Below are positions 10,678-24,548 of a DNA stretch of 64,000 nt, one piece after another. Origin of the DNA: Podarcis bocagei (lineage: Eukaryota). Where the stretch lies: NCBI GenBank assembly GCA_964188305.1, contig OZ076885.1. One strand, given 5' to 3'. The translations under genes and the position numbers were made by a program. The notes under the pieces are model-generated. The model saw nothing but the letters and a program-made list of their open reading frames with translations. It ran no database searches and was not told the DNA's origin. Numbering within the stretch: position 1 is the first letter of the stretch; every line of letters starts with the position of its first letter.

Positions 10678-11085
10678 TGTGAGGGTTTGATTAGCTGCTT
10701 GTGCGTGAAAACGTGCTCCCTCAGAGTTTGTGCGCCCCCACAAACCTCCGTGTGTGACGGAGCTCCTCAGACATGTCTGCTCTAGTCACTAGTAGAGTCC
10801 GACAGTGGCTGTCTGCGGAAGCGTTTCCAACAAAGAAGTTCCTTAACGGAAACGCGTCTCCTGGACTCACGGCGTGACAGTTTCCTGCGAGGTATGGGTC
10901 TCCCTATGGGAGACTCCGATACCTCTCCACTGTTCTCGCTGGAAGCCTCCCTGAGCCCTCCCTCCTGCTCGCATTCCCTCAGAGACCCACTCCTCCCCCT
11001 GCTGGTCCCTGCTTCAGCAGTTGAGTCTCTTTCATCCTGCCTGAGTCCCTCCACCACCTGATGCTCTGATGGCAGTTCCCTGACA
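10678..11085 (-). repeat. 5' LTR of the chromovirus
   Basis: 408-bp direct repeat of 5616-6023. Confidence 0.96.
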
Positions 11086-12176
11086 GGCATAGATGTACAT
11101 AGTGATTGATTTTGAAACATAAGGCATAATGCTTCAACAGTAAACATGAACCAAAGAATGCCAAAATTCAAGAGGAGTTTTGCATACCTTAAGAACTTCC
11201 AGGTAATTGTTTCAAAGTGTGGCCTGAAGGCACATGAGACAGCCACCTTGCTGAAGGCGAGCAGGTCAGTGCCTGGAAGGGGAACCACCTGGAAACCACA
11301 TGCATATCGCCTTGGATTGCATGATTGAAGAAATGTGGAAAATGTAAGAAAACAAATACTGTAAATAAAAGGCCTGGTTTAGGGTTGACACTAAATCATG
11401 GTTTGTTTAGCTTGACTGTGGTTCATCAGAACCGGACTCACTAGGCTCGCTAACTGGAGGATCATAAATGATGGTTTGAAGCTGGCTTGTCAATCTCTGC
11501 TTATACGGTAGCTTTTTGTTATATCAAAATCTGATACTCTTTTTTTTTTAAATAAAAAAAACCTCCTAGTTGAGTTTCAGCACTACCCACCTGTCTACAG
11601 AGACACGATGTAAAAGCAGTTCAAAAACAAAACTGCTCATGCGGCTAAAAGGCTGCCTTGTGACTTCTATGTTTCTGTCCCTTGTCACTGCCTGGCAACA
11701 GGCTCCTTTCCTTGCTCACCCCTTCCCTGACAAGGTCTTCCTCTCCAGCCCAGCTGCCTAGAGCTCCAGCAGCGTTGCAAGAGGGAAACTGTCAAAGAGA
11801 CAATGTGCTGTTTTACCCATTATCTCACAAGGGATATGTTAAATGCTCTGCCAACAGTTATACAGATGCAGTCACAGAGTTTGACCTAAAGGCCTCCGTC
11901 AGCCATTCTCACTTGCTTCTGCTGACACCTGTTTGTTCTGCTGCTTGCTCACCAGTTAAGTTTTTGCAATGAAAACGACAAGCTTTGGGAAAACAGAAAG
12001 GCAGTTCCCTTCTTGACCTATTTGTATGGCTCCAAGAGGAATTCAACTGACTGCCACTAAAAGCACAAAAGCTGGACTAGATAGACCTTGGTCTGATCCC
12101 ACAAGGCAATTCTTATTAAGGAGTGATCAAACAATTATTGTAGTTGGACTGTTTATATATTCTCATGCTTTTTCAG

Positions 12177-12393
12177 GTAATAAACATGGATGGAACCATG
12201 AGAAAAACTCTCATAGAAGATAAACTTCCACATATATTTGGATTTACTTTGCTGGGTGACTACATCTACTGGACAGACTGGCAGAGGCGGAGCATTGAAA
12301 GAGTTCACAAAATAAGGGCAAGTAGGGACATAATCATCGATCAGTTGCCAGACCTGATGGGCCTTAAAGCGGCAAGTGTCACTAAAGCTGTTG
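12177..12393 (+). CDS. LRP5: LRP5 coding exon (human exon 8 equivalent; YWTD propeller 2)
   Basis: ag/gt bounded, 217 nt; VINMDGT...[17 protein letters not shown]. Confidence 0.95.
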
Positions 12394-14801
12394 GTAAGTG
12401 AAGACAACGTACAGTTGATTTGTGCTGGGTTCCATAATAATAACTTTTGCAGTAAAAGCAATAGTCAGTTTGTTAATGTGTTAAGTAGGAAGACAAACTT
12501 GCATTGGTCGAATCCTGTGAGTTCCTTGTCTGATAGAAAAGGGGATCTTGGGGAAGTCTCCTCTTTGTCCCAAGAGCTGTCAGATTTATGAGAATCATGC
12601 CTAACCCATCCCCTGCAGTGAGTTTGGGGATGAAGTGAGGGAGTGAGTACGCTTCTGGTCCCCATCAGTTTTGAGCCCATTGCAGGGGCTTTTACTTGGA
12701 TGATGCAAAGCAAGTGGCAGGTATGTTCATCACCCAAATATGTTTCCTTGGCTGCCCAACAGCTTTCACTTGTGTGCTATTTCCAGGCTGCCAGGGATTT
12801 TCTTGGTGGCAAAGGGGAAAATGCATGCATTATCATACCATTGGACCATGGCAGATCGAGGGCCTGGGAAGAGAGAACTGCTGATTAATTTTTGCTCCCT
12901 ATATAATTTTTTGTGGCTGATATCAGGAGTTTCGAGCATTGATAGGCTCCCTTCAACCCTGCTCAACCCCACTTTTCAAATCTTATTTCCATCCTCTCTA
13001 CTAGCAAGTTATGCATAGATGATTGTGAAGGGAAGGAAGCTTCCTGCCCAGTCCATGACCAAAAAGATTATGTGGGCTGATCTTGGGGAAGTTCAATAAA
13101 TCCCCCCACACTTTTCTATGTTTATATTTATGATGCAAAATGAGTAATTTGTCGTGCATCATTGCAAATGAGAAACAAGTGTGCTTTTTAGAGATGCACT
13201 GGATAGGCCACAAAGCATACCCACTTGTAATACCTTCCCATTTTAGGCTTAGTGGCAAAAGGCACACATCATTAGCAGCAGATTCTATTATGCTCTCTTG
13301 ACCTATTTTTATGTCTAGAGAGGCTTTCAGTTTAATTATGATGTCTGAAAAGAGCGACCATTTGTTACCCTTCATGTCTGCAGATAGAAGGATCTATATT
13401 GCTCCTATGTGAAAGCCTGCCTCCTGTCTTTACTTATTAACTGAGTTCATGTTTCACCCTATTCTTGTACTTGTGAAGCTAGCATTTCCCCCCTTACTGG
13501 AGTCACTCTGCAGCTTCTTTATTCACTTCGTTATCCCCTCCACAAAGCCTAAGCCAAGCACTTACCCAGCTTCCTATGTTGACATTTCCTTACAGGTCAG
13601 GGGTGGGGAACTGGATTTGGCCACTGGGCTGGATCCAGAGCTGGCCTGCCCTCCATTTTTGACAGGTTGGCAGAGTATGCTTTGGAGTCGTATTTGCTGG
13701 CTGTAGGAAAGACAGTTTCCAAGCCTGGCCTTGTGATAATGCAACTTAACACTCTTGTCTCCAGGGTGTTCAGGATTTTCCAGTTGACCTGGAATCTGTT
13801 GCACTTCAAAAAAGTGGATCAGTTTTGGTGTATGTAACTCAGCAATAATAATAATTTTGATACTAAATATAACAGTGGGCTGCTGGTGAAGGTGTATGAG
13901 GGATCTATTTTGCCAAAGTAGTAAAAGACCTTTAGTGGTGAGGGCTACATGGAAACTGGAGCATATTTCCCATCTGTATTGGAAGCTGAAATTGGTCAAA
14001 CATAGAATTGTAGAGTTGGAGGGGACCAGGAATATTTTGCCCACAACCCTGAGTCTCATGCTCTTCCAACTGAGCTATCCTAGGAATGATGTGGGACATT
14101 TCACTGACCTTTCTGTACACAGTCAAATGTTTGCATCATGTCAGGGTAGACAGGAACGTCAATTCAGAATAACATAGTAAGGATTTATTATGGAGGGGGG
14201 GGGGTATTTTCATAGCCAGAAGTGCTACACATATATGGCTTTGGTAATCCATACATCAACCCTGTAATGTAGGTTGGTACTGTTCCAATGTTGTGAGTGG
14301 AGGCTTGCCTAAGGCCACCTAGTTATTTCATGGTTTCATGACTGAGGTGAACATTTCAACTAGTTCTCTAATAGGAACGAATAAACAAGTGGGGAACGAT
14401 CCTTTAAGCAGCTTTCTTCAGACAGACTCCTCCTAAGAAGACAGGTCCATTGAGTTGACATAGAGTCTGTTTTGAGGTCATTTTGGGCACATGAGGCAGT
14501 TTTCAACTAACTGGGCTAGTGCAAGTATTTGCACCAGCCCGGGAGGATTTCATCCTTCAACTCCCCCCCATGTCATGCCCATATCTGCTTTAGAGGGTTT
14601 GGGGACACTCCCCAAGAATAGATTTAGGGGGCACATGGGGTAGAGGATGGGGAGAACATTCTGTTGCACAAGGAGAAACTTTTGAGCTTTCCTCCCATCT
14701 CCTTCTTCCCTTCCCTCCCTCCCCAATGTCTATAGCCATGGGGTACATGACATTCTATCTTAGCCAAGTTTTCTTCTTCAAAGAACTGTTTTCCTTTCCA
14801 G

Positions 14802-15091
14802 GTACAAATCCATGTGCCGAGAACAATGGAGGCTGCAGCCACCTGTGTTTCTTCACCCCTCAGGAGTGCAGATGTGCCTGTCCCATTGGACTGGAGCTGC
14901 TGAGTGACATGAAGACCTGCATCATTCCAGAAGCCTTTCTTGTTTTCACCAGCAGAGCAGCCATTCATAGGATTTCTCTTGAAACAAACAATAACGACGT
15001 AGCCATTCCTCTTACTGGTGTCAAGGAAGCTTCTGCGCTAGACTTTGATGTGTCTGACAACAGAATCTACTGGACAGATATTAGTTTGAAG
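14802..15091 (+). CDS. LRP5: LRP5 exon 9 equivalent (EGF 2, start of propeller 3)
   Basis: ag/gt, 290 nt; [15 protein letters not shown]...YWTDISLK. Confidence 0.95.
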
Positions 15092-15532
15092 GTACTCATG
15101 GCATCTGAATATAACAGATCGTTTTGTATGCACCTAGTTTCAGTACACTTCCTCCACAACAGTAGTCTGATAATAAATGAATTTGTCCTGTAGGTCTTAC
15201 AAAATGTAACACTTGGGTGAATGTAATGAAAAGCAATAAAAAAAAATTAAGGGCTCTAGCGTGAGCTTAATAAATCTGTTTGATGTATATGTGGAAATCA
15301 GGAAGTGTAAATAGTTTGTAAATTGTGTTACAAGAACATGCATATGAACATAAATATTGTTCCGATAATGTCTCTAAAATAGTTGTGGGGTTGTTGTTTT
15401 TTTGCTTTGGTGCCATGAATTTTTTTTTAATACATATTTTTCTTTTCACTAATAACTTTAGTAAGTGAGATATTACTTAATTTAATTTGTGTTCCTGAAT
15501 GCTTGTAATATTTCAACAAAATTGTTTTGTAG

Positions 15533-15760
<228 letters not shown>

Positions 15761-16129
15761 TAAGGAAGCTTTATCCTCCCCCCACCCCCAGCATAGTAAC
15801 AGTAATAGGCAATGCTATACTATACATGTTGAGGTTAGGGGCCAAAGCTAATACACATGTCTTGTCAATTCAAATAGTTTGTTATAATATGGCAACTATT
15901 GGGTTGTGGTTCCTGTCTGACTATTTGGAGTCTTTCAGACAAGCTGGTATTATCAAGGAGTTGGAAATTGCTTGTTGAAGATGTCCCTAAGATTATGAAA
16001 TGGTCTTAAAAACATTATCCTTAATTTTTTTTTCTTGGCTTGTGAAGATGTTGTCCATCTGCCTTCCAGTTAAGTGTCTCACTGATATCTTAAGTTTCAT
16101 CCCATGATGACTATACTTTCCCTCGATGG

Positions 16130-16306
16130 TTGGAAGCAGTATGCTTCTGAAAACCAGTTGGTGGAATCATTGGGGAGAGTGCTGTGATGTTTAGGTTCTG
16201 CTTGTCAGCTTCTCATGGGTATCTGGTTGGCGGCTGTGAAAACAGGATGCTGGAGTAGATGGGCCACTGGCCTGTTCCATCAGACTCTTCTTAGGTTCTC
16301 ATGTTC
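16130..16306 (+). mobile_element. CR1-type LINE/SINE 3' end fragment
   Basis: caggatgctggagtagatgggcc...ctcttcttaggttctcatgttc tail typical of squamate CR1-derived repeats. Confidence 0.55.
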
Positions 16307-17134
16307 CTGTTTTTTTCTTTAGGCTTAAAGACTTTTTTAAAATGAAAGGGAGAATTTTCCATTCCAACAGGATGCACAAAATGGTTTTGACAGCTACACA
16401 GCCCCTGACCAACCATAGACTTCTCCCACAACCTCCCATCTTCCTGCTCCAGAATAATCCCAGAGAGAATAATTTATGAAAAGAGTACCAATACTAAATG
16501 TAGTGTTGGTTTTCTTATGCAGACTGCTTTAACAGTTCTTCATGGAAGTAAAAAGCAGGTTACAAAATGTTATCATATCATAAATAAACAGAAATTTCTG
16601 AGAAATTTGCTTTTAAGTTATGAAGGAAGATCTAAAGAATCGCAAGGAAAATCAATTTGGTTGGGTTGGGTTGACTTCTACTTATATAGTCACAAGAATG
16701 CTGGTCCTTTATGGCTCTAGACTTAAGGGTGTAAAATACACAAGGGGTCATCCAGTTGCTTCCAAACTCTTGAGTTCTCTAGAAATCAAAAGGTTGAATG
16801 CTCCTACACAAATGTTGGTTCTGTAAAACGTCGTTGGGATTATTGTGATAACCAGTGTCTATACTGAATGCTATTTCGTATACTCAAGCTGATAGGAATC
16901 TTCAAATTTCTGAAATACTCATTGAAACAGAATATGTATTGTCTAAGTGTTCAGCATAGTTCAGTTACTATTGTTAATCATTAGTTAATAAGCACCTAAA
17001 ATCAGTTATTACAAAACTCACAATACATTGTGTTGTTTTCTTTTTAAATGTCTGGAAGTAAACAAAGGTCTAGGTACATTGTCTTGATATGGCTTAAGCA
17101 GCTAATTATTGTTTGTTCTGATTTTTAATTGCAG

Positions 17135-17319
17135 GTACATGTATTGGACAGAGTGGGGTGGCAAACCAAAGATTGTTCGGGCATACATGGATGGTACAAA
17201 CAGCATCACTCTTGTGGATAAAGTGGGCCGTGCCAACGATCTCACTATTGATTATGAAGATCAAAGACTCTATTGGACTGACCTCGACACAAGCATGATC
17301 GAATCATCAAATATGCTCG
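17135..17319 (+). CDS. LRP5: LRP5 exon 11 equivalent
   Basis: ag/gt, 185 nt; [11 protein letters not shown]...LYWTDLD. Confidence 0.95.
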
Positions 17320-18425
17320 GTAGTATGCCTCTATTTGGAAAATATCAGATGTGATGTACAGAAAACTTTCTATATAAATTAGGTGGCAGAATTCTCTTAA
17401 ACCAGGAATTACACAAATTCAGTCCAAGAGTTCCAGGCTTCAGCTTTAATTTTTATATGTGTCTTCGTTAGTTTTAATATCAACATTTAATGAGATACTC
17501 AGTTCAACAAACTGAAGAAAACATGCTACATATAAAAACTATTCTGATTTGCTAAACTGGGCAATGGCAATATCATTCACTTCCTTGTAAACGCTCTTGT
17601 AAGCTTTATGTGAATTTATAATTTGGTGTAAAACTTAATTTGGAGGTATATATGAGCATATTTAAAATTCTTAAATATTCTTTGTATTTTAAGATATATA
17701 TTTTAAAAACCCACTAAAATATTTGAAAGCATTGGCCTGTGAAATGAAAGAAAAATCTGAAGCAACTGTAGCTTCAGTCAGTCAGATTTTATAGTTCTTA
17801 GCAGCTCTTCTTAACAGTTCTTACAATATAAATCATACAAAAACCAAGAGTATGTTAAACAATCAAAGAAGTAGCTCCTTTGATACATTCACCGCCCATC
17901 CTCAGAATAGCATTTGCAGCAAAATATAGGCTGTAATCGGGTGCAGGGAGAGGGGTTTGCCTGAAAATAGGCTTTTCCATTAAGTGAAGCTGAGCTAGTA
18001 GATCCCAAATGGTTTTATTTATGTGTTTTTGTATGTGTGTGTGAGAGAGAGAGAGAGAAAGAGAGAGAGAGACTGAGATCGAGACCAAAGCACTCATTGG
18101 GAATGTTCAAGAATAAATACTGTTCTTGAGTTCCAAACCTAGTTCAGTCCTTTCCCCCCAAAGTGCAATATTGTGCAGGTTTTCCTGGGCTGGGGGATTG
18201 GGAATTGTAGAGCGGCCGTGATGGGCAACCTGCCTTCATGGTAATTAAAAGGTCATTGGTGATCATTTAAAATCCTTGTGGCATCCAAATTAGACACGGT
18301 ATGTTTTGAAAGCAAAAAAAGAGAAAAAGTTAAAATCTATCTCCCGCAATTAATCTTTTATCATTTGGCTACCTAATTCTCATTTTTTTAACATTTATTA
18401 ACAACATATGTTCATGTTTCCTCAG

Positions 18426-18749
18426 GACAAGAGAGGGAAATAATAGCTGATGATCTACCTCATCCCTTTGGCCTAACTCAGTACAGTGACTTCATCTACT
18501 GGACAGATTGGAACCTTCACAGCATAGAAAGAGCGGACAAGACAAATGGGAGGAACCGGACACTAATTCAGGGACGTCTGGATTTTGTGATGGATATATT
18601 GGTTTTCCACTCATCGCGGCAAGATGGCTTCAACGACTGTGTACAAAACAATGGGCACTGTGGGCAGCTGTGCCTGGCTGTACCCAATGGCTATACTTGT
18701 GGCTGTGCATCTCACTACACGTTGGATCCCAACAGCCGGAACTGCAGTT
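18426..18749 (+). CDS. LRP5: LRP5 exon 12 equivalent (end of propeller 3, EGF 3)
   Basis: ag/gt, 324 nt; [14 protein letters not shown]...CGQLCLA. Confidence 0.95.
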
Positions 18750-18857
18750 GTATGTGTTTTACCTTTTTCTGCAGTTGTAAAAATACTTGCAACTATTGTC
18801 TCGTAGCGAGCCCTTGGTTCACAAACATGACTTCATTGTACATGTTGGCCGTGTTCA

Positions 18858-18860
<3 letters not shown>

Positions 18861-18890
<30 letters not shown>
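18861..18890. repeat. (GT)n microsatellite
   Basis: Direct reading. Confidence 0.9.
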
Positions 18891-18892
<2 letters not shown>

Positions 18893-20315
18893 CTATTTAT
18901 TTAAGTGTTTCTGTACTACTATTGGGATTGTCAAAGTAATTTTTCCTCAGAACCCCGCCCCCTTTTAATTAAAAAAACACTTTTTTTGCAACACATGTAA
19001 TGCTGAATGTGCGCAAGTTAAATGCGCATAAGTTGCAGGCTTACTATATAACACACATGCATATTCTATCGAAATACATAATGTAAATGCACGTGGGAGA
19101 GAAAGAGTTGGAAATTTGGGAGGGATCAACAACTGATGCTGCCAGAAGCATCTGGAGAACATCCCACCCTTGGAGGCTGTACTCTCTCTCTCCCTTTCTC
19201 TGTTCTAGCCCACCCCACTAAAACAGAGTCTTGGCTCAAGTGCATGCAGGACAAAGCAAGAAACTTGGAGTGAGGTAGAAGATCCTAAGAAAGAATTTGG
19301 AAAGGAAAAGCTAGCTAGAGGAAGAAACCACTTATTTCCTGCTGTAGGGTAGGCTGGGCAGACTCATTAACTTCCTTCCAGCACCACAGAGCCTGCATGC
19401 CTGATCAGGGGTGGTTCTTCATCCTCCATCAATCATGAAGTGCTAATTCTTCCCCTTGAATTAGCGCTAGTCCCAGCAGTCTCATGATGTTGCTCCTTCC
19501 CAAGTTGAGTGATGGGTGGGTGGAGCAGCACAAAAGAAATTGGTGGCTTTAATTTGCCTTTACTCCAACCCATAAGTACTTGCATGCAGCAACCAACTGG
19601 ATGATTATGGCTGTTTGTGATGGTCTGTATGCATACTCCCCCAATGTATGCTTGGTTAGGATGGCCTAGCAGCCCCCCCCCATCCCCAAATTCAAAAAGA
19701 TTGTGAATGGTTGTTTCAAACTTTTTAGAGTCATATCTACTTGAAGGACTATGCATTTATTTTGTTTTGTTTTGTTTGTGATAGAGAGTAGGCTGGTTGG
19801 TTCTCTGGGGTTTGGAGCTGATCTATTTAAGACACTGAAACCAATTATATTGTAACATAGTTCCCTGAAACAGACTGTAAAGTCTTATGACTTAATCGCA
19901 GCTGTTGTGCATTTCAGAGGTTTCCAAAAACATAACTTTGAGATCTGCAATAACTTCAGCTTTACCTTTTGGAGGAAATGCACTATAGTGTGAAATAAAA
20001 AGTTTTGGGATTTCTTTTCTCTCTGTGAGCAGTGGCATAATAGTTAAGTTTCTAAAATAATCGTATTGTTGAATCATTTGCTCTTCTGCTATACTGACTG
20101 ATAGTTATGTTCCAGTTGAAAATATGATTCTAAATTACTCTTTAACAGTCTTAAACTGTTAACTGTGCAAAAACAATAGTAAAACTTGCAAGCTGGAACA
20201 TTGCTTCTTTCTATTTTTTGATATTTTCACAAATGCAGTTCTTGAGTCTTCCTGTTTTTGCCACGATCCTTGTATTTATAGATGATGACGTTAAATGTTC
20301 TCTTTGTTCTTTTAG

Positions 20316-20518
20316 CACCTAGCAGCTTCTTACTGTTTAGTCAGAAGACTGCAATAAGTCGAATGATACCAGATGACCAGCAGAGCCCAGACATCATCCT
20401 TCCTATCCATGGTCTAAGAAATGTCAAGGCTATTGATTATGATCCATTGGATAAATTTATCTATTGGGTAGACGGACGCCAGAATATTATTAAAAGAGCC
20501 AAAGATGATGGCACTCAG
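20316..20518 (+). CDS. LRP5: LRP5 exon 13 equivalent
   Basis: ag/gt, 203 nt; [10 protein letters not shown]...[10 protein letters not shown]. Confidence 0.95.
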
Positions 20519-21406
20519 GTAAGTTTAAAATAATAATAACAACAACAACGGTATATGTCTATCTGTTGGTGTATGTTTTCGTAAAAATGTATCGCAGGTG
20601 AGACTTGTAATATGATATTCTAGAGAATCTCCACCTTCTAAGAATAGGGCTCCTGTTTGGGGCTCAAAGCATTCTGGGAAAGGAATCTGTAGTGTTTCTG
20701 AGGCCTTGGAGTAGAGAGCCTTCATTGCGCTCAATGCCCTCCCAGCATTCCTTCTCCTGCTGCAGTAGAGAGCTGCCAGCCCCAAATCAGAGCGTTTCAT
20801 AGTGAGGCAACACATAATTATTGAAAAGTGAGGAGGAAAGCTGTCTTTTCTTTTCTTTCCAATACATTCCATTAATAATTCTAAGAAGTGGGAAGAACCA
20901 CCCAGTCCTAGTACCCCTCCCCCGATACTTAGTTTATGATGTAAGGAGCTTGAGCAGGCCAGTTCCCGCCCTCCCCCTGTTCTCCATTTTACTTGTGGTG
21001 GCGGTGGTTGTTCTTCAGCTGACACCCTGACATTCTGTGGTCTGCTTTACACATCACGCTTAGCCAAAAACAAGCCTCGGTTACAGCTTGTGGTTAGACT
21101 GGGGAGAGCTTAAGTGCGAGCCCAGGTTCGGATGGCTTAGCTTGGGTGCTGCAGCATAAGGGACCACAGAAGAGCAAAGCGGCTGTAAGCTTCTCTCCAG
21201 GAGTCCACATGCTTTCGCGGTCCTGCTAAGCCATAGTTTGGCTTAGCATGACATGCAAACCAGGCCTGTGTCTCACTTGCTGTCAGCTTTAGACTTCATT
21301 GATAGACTCACACAGCCTGTCTGATTTTCTAGTTCTTTAGACCCCTTCTCCCTCTCTTCTGCTTAACTGCCACCAAATGTCCGGAAGTCTAGAGGACCCT
21401 GTAAGG

Positions 21407-21542
21407 CAGTGATGGCCAAACTTGGCCCTCCAGCTGTTTTGGGACTACAACTCCCATCACCCCTTGCTAACAGGACCAATGGTCAGGGATGATGGGAATT
21501 ATAGTCCCAAAACAGCTGGAGGGCCAAATCTGGCCATCACTG
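21407..21542. mobile_element. 136-bp hairpin hAT MITE
   Basis: TIR CAGTGATGGCCA; nearly the whole element is an inverted repeat; perfect 8-bp TSD CTGTAAGG (21399-21406, 21543-21550). Confidence 0.9.
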
Positions 21543-23641
21543 CTGTAAGGCCTTTTTAAAAATATCATTTACTCCCCTTGAGAATCCCTCAAGCATGTTG
21601 AAATAGCTGCCATATGTTTTTGGTGACTCTGTTTCAATTCCAAACTGACAAGCACACAATATTACGTTTTGAGTTATATGTATATCATTTAGAACTTTTA
21701 TCATTCATAAATGTCAATCTTGGGCTTGATTCAGACTTGCTGACAAATCATGGGTTATTATTTTGAGTACAGACATGAGCCCCATTCCCCTTTCAACCAC
21801 CCACCTCTTGCTTTACATGTTACAGGAGATGAGAAGTTTGCAATAAGTTTCAGTTTTCCATTTTGTCTAAATACAGGAAACCATGGTTTGTATAACCAGG
21901 ACAGTTTTCTGTATTTGATGAAATGCAAACTATGAATAAAAGCTTCTCCACTTCTTCTGCACAAAGGATACAGGGGGAAAGTTGAAGGACAATCAATGCT
22001 TGTTCGTCCTTGTTCTCCAAACATCTTTAGACTGTCTGCCTGTGCCTCTCTTCTGTGTTAGCTACTGTCTCACAAACAAGGGTTTGTACCACCAACAACT
22101 AAATTGAAATCCTGTGTGAAGCAAGTGGGGTGGGGGAAAGATTTTGTAGTTTTTTTAACAAACAAACAAACCCTTCCACACTATTTCCAAATAGACTTAA
22201 CAAGTGGAAGGAATGAAGATGGTACATAATCTGTTGGTACAGAATCTGTTGCCTCAGACCTTAGGATGCACAAGAAAACTATGAGGCTTCTGTCTCTCTT
22301 TCTGCCCCAGTCTTCCTTGTATTGTGCACCAGCTCCACACTGCTTAGGAGCTTCTGTGAGGCTTCAAATCTTTTGAAAGGCAGGACCCTCATTAGCCTTA
22401 ACTATAATTTAATATTGGTGCTAATATAATGCAATAAGCATGGTTAAGGTAGACGGGGGAGTTTTTTTCTAGGGAAGCAGGAGGAGAATATACATTTCTA
22501 TGTTGTGGTCTCAGTGTTATAACTGCATTTTTTATAACCCCCTCAGTATGGCACACCTTACACCCTCCACAGCTGGGCAGAGTAATGTTGTCCCATGCTC
22601 CCTCCTCTTAAGTGGTTGATGACCTGTATTTCCAGTGTGTTTTACTCAAAGACCCCAGAAGATGTGGCAAAGAATTCCTATAAGCAGGCTGAGTTTAAAA
22701 AAGAAAAAAAAGTATCATGTAGGCTGATGTGATGAATTTTCCATAGCATTTTCTTTCCAGATAATGAATTATTGTTTGTAGTAAGGAGGGGCCTTATAGT
22801 GTCAGATCTGCTCTTTGAGGGATGCCTGCCAGGCGTTAATTGCTGAATGGCTTCCTATTAGTGGCCCTTCCTAGGTGCAAATTACATTGGAAGCTGCTTA
22901 TTATGACACAGATTGTTGTACAGCATAGGCAAGAGTTTCAGTGTTTGAAGAAGTACCTCCTAGGGACATATGGGTGTTAAATAATTGTACTTTTAATTGT
23001 TTGGCTATTTTTGCTACTTCATACTCCAATTAATTCTGTTAATTAGCATTTTATGAACCTTAATGTTTATAATTGGATATTAAACTTCCATGGTTGTTTT
23101 TTATTTTATTATATAATTGCAAGATTGTTTGCTTACACCAAAACTGTTTGGGTAATATTTGAGCCATGCTTGGACAACATAAGTTAAGCAAATCACATTG
23201 TTTATCATTAAGGAACAGATTGCAATTTAGTCCTAATATACAAATTGTATATTTCTGTATTGCTGCCTCATCCATTACCTGCTTCTGTTGTTCATGAAAG
23301 TTTGCTATGGTTAATTGATTAGGCATCAGATTTTTTAGAGGATTTTGATAAGAGGATTTTACTTTGAATAGCGGGTGGTGGGTACTCTCTTCAAAAGAGA
23401 TATCCACTCATTTCTCTCATAGCTGGGAATATCTCATCTATAAGAGGCTGCCTACTATAATGTATGAGTGAAGGGGGGAAAGAGCTATTATTTTTCCTTA
23501 AGCAACTTAGATTTCCTTTATTGTGTGAGTGCCCTTTTCATTAGACTGTCCTTACAGTATGCATTCCTTAACTTTGTTATGTTTATATCTTTCTTTCTCC
23601 CCATTTTATTCCTATTTTATGTCCTCGTCATCTTCTTGCAG

Positions 23642-23853
23642 CCTTTCACAGTCATGAGTACTCCCAACCAAAGCCAAAATCCAGAAAAGCAGCCACATGA
23701 CCTGAGTATTGATATTTTCAGCCATACTTTGTACTGGACCTGTGAAGCCACAAATACGGTCAACGTCTACAGACTTAGTGGGGAGCAGATTGGAGTTGTG
23801 CTACGGGGAGACCATGACAAGCCAAGGGCCATAGTAGTAAATGCTGAGCGAGG
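23642..23853 (+). CDS. LRP5: LRP5 exon 14 equivalent
   Basis: ag/gt, 212 nt; [19 protein letters not shown]. Confidence 0.95.
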
Positions 23854-24308
23854 GTGAGAATCCTTTTGTTGTGTAAGAATTAATAGATTGTCCAGATGAT
23901 ATGGCACTTTCTTACGTTTCATACATTCTGAAATGTATCCTGCCTTTTTTTTTACTTGGGGAAATAGCTTGCATAGGGCTGCGTCAACAGGCCATACTGA
24001 CAAGGATGAAAATGTAGAAGCCTTCAGACCATTTGCTGCGGGGTATTAAACCTTAGCCCTTGAAACGTTGTGTGTGGGAATCTCAGAAACATTCTAATTT
24101 AGCTTCATGCTTGTTTTAATTTGCAAACAAATTAATGTTAATGGGATTTCCTCTTTCTGTTCTTCTCCCCCAAAGTCACCGACCAATCAGTCTTGGAAGT
24201 TGAGCAGTAACGTCCTATTTCAGATGTAGACTTGTTAAATTTTCATGTCAGGGTCCATAGCAAGAATACCATGATATACTGTATCTTCCATTTAAGAAAC
24301 TGTGCTAA

Positions 24309-24548
<240 letters not shown>

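Larger units (their letters stand above)
5616..11085 (-). mobile_element. Full-length Ty3/Gypsy chromovirus LTR retrotransposon (sushi/PEG10-related), intact gag and pol
   Basis: Two 408-bp TG...CA LTRs; 5-bp TSD GGCAT at 5611-5615 and 11086-11090; uninterrupted gag and pol ORFs; PPT; PBS. Confidence 0.97.

Noticed and set aside
10633-10743. 37-codon N-terminal extension of gag in the ORF track
   Set aside because: Starts at a non-ATG codon in the LTR; the first ATG at 10632 is the more plausible start
6528-10785. Many + strand ORFs overlapping gag-pol
   Set aside because: Antisense shadows of a long GC-rich coding region, with no recognisable motifs
10782-11288. 168-aa ORF identical to the Pol C-terminus; the TSD happens to supply an in-frame ATG
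   Set aside because: It is the second LTR copy plus chance open host flank, lying upstream of the predicted TSS; not a separate gene
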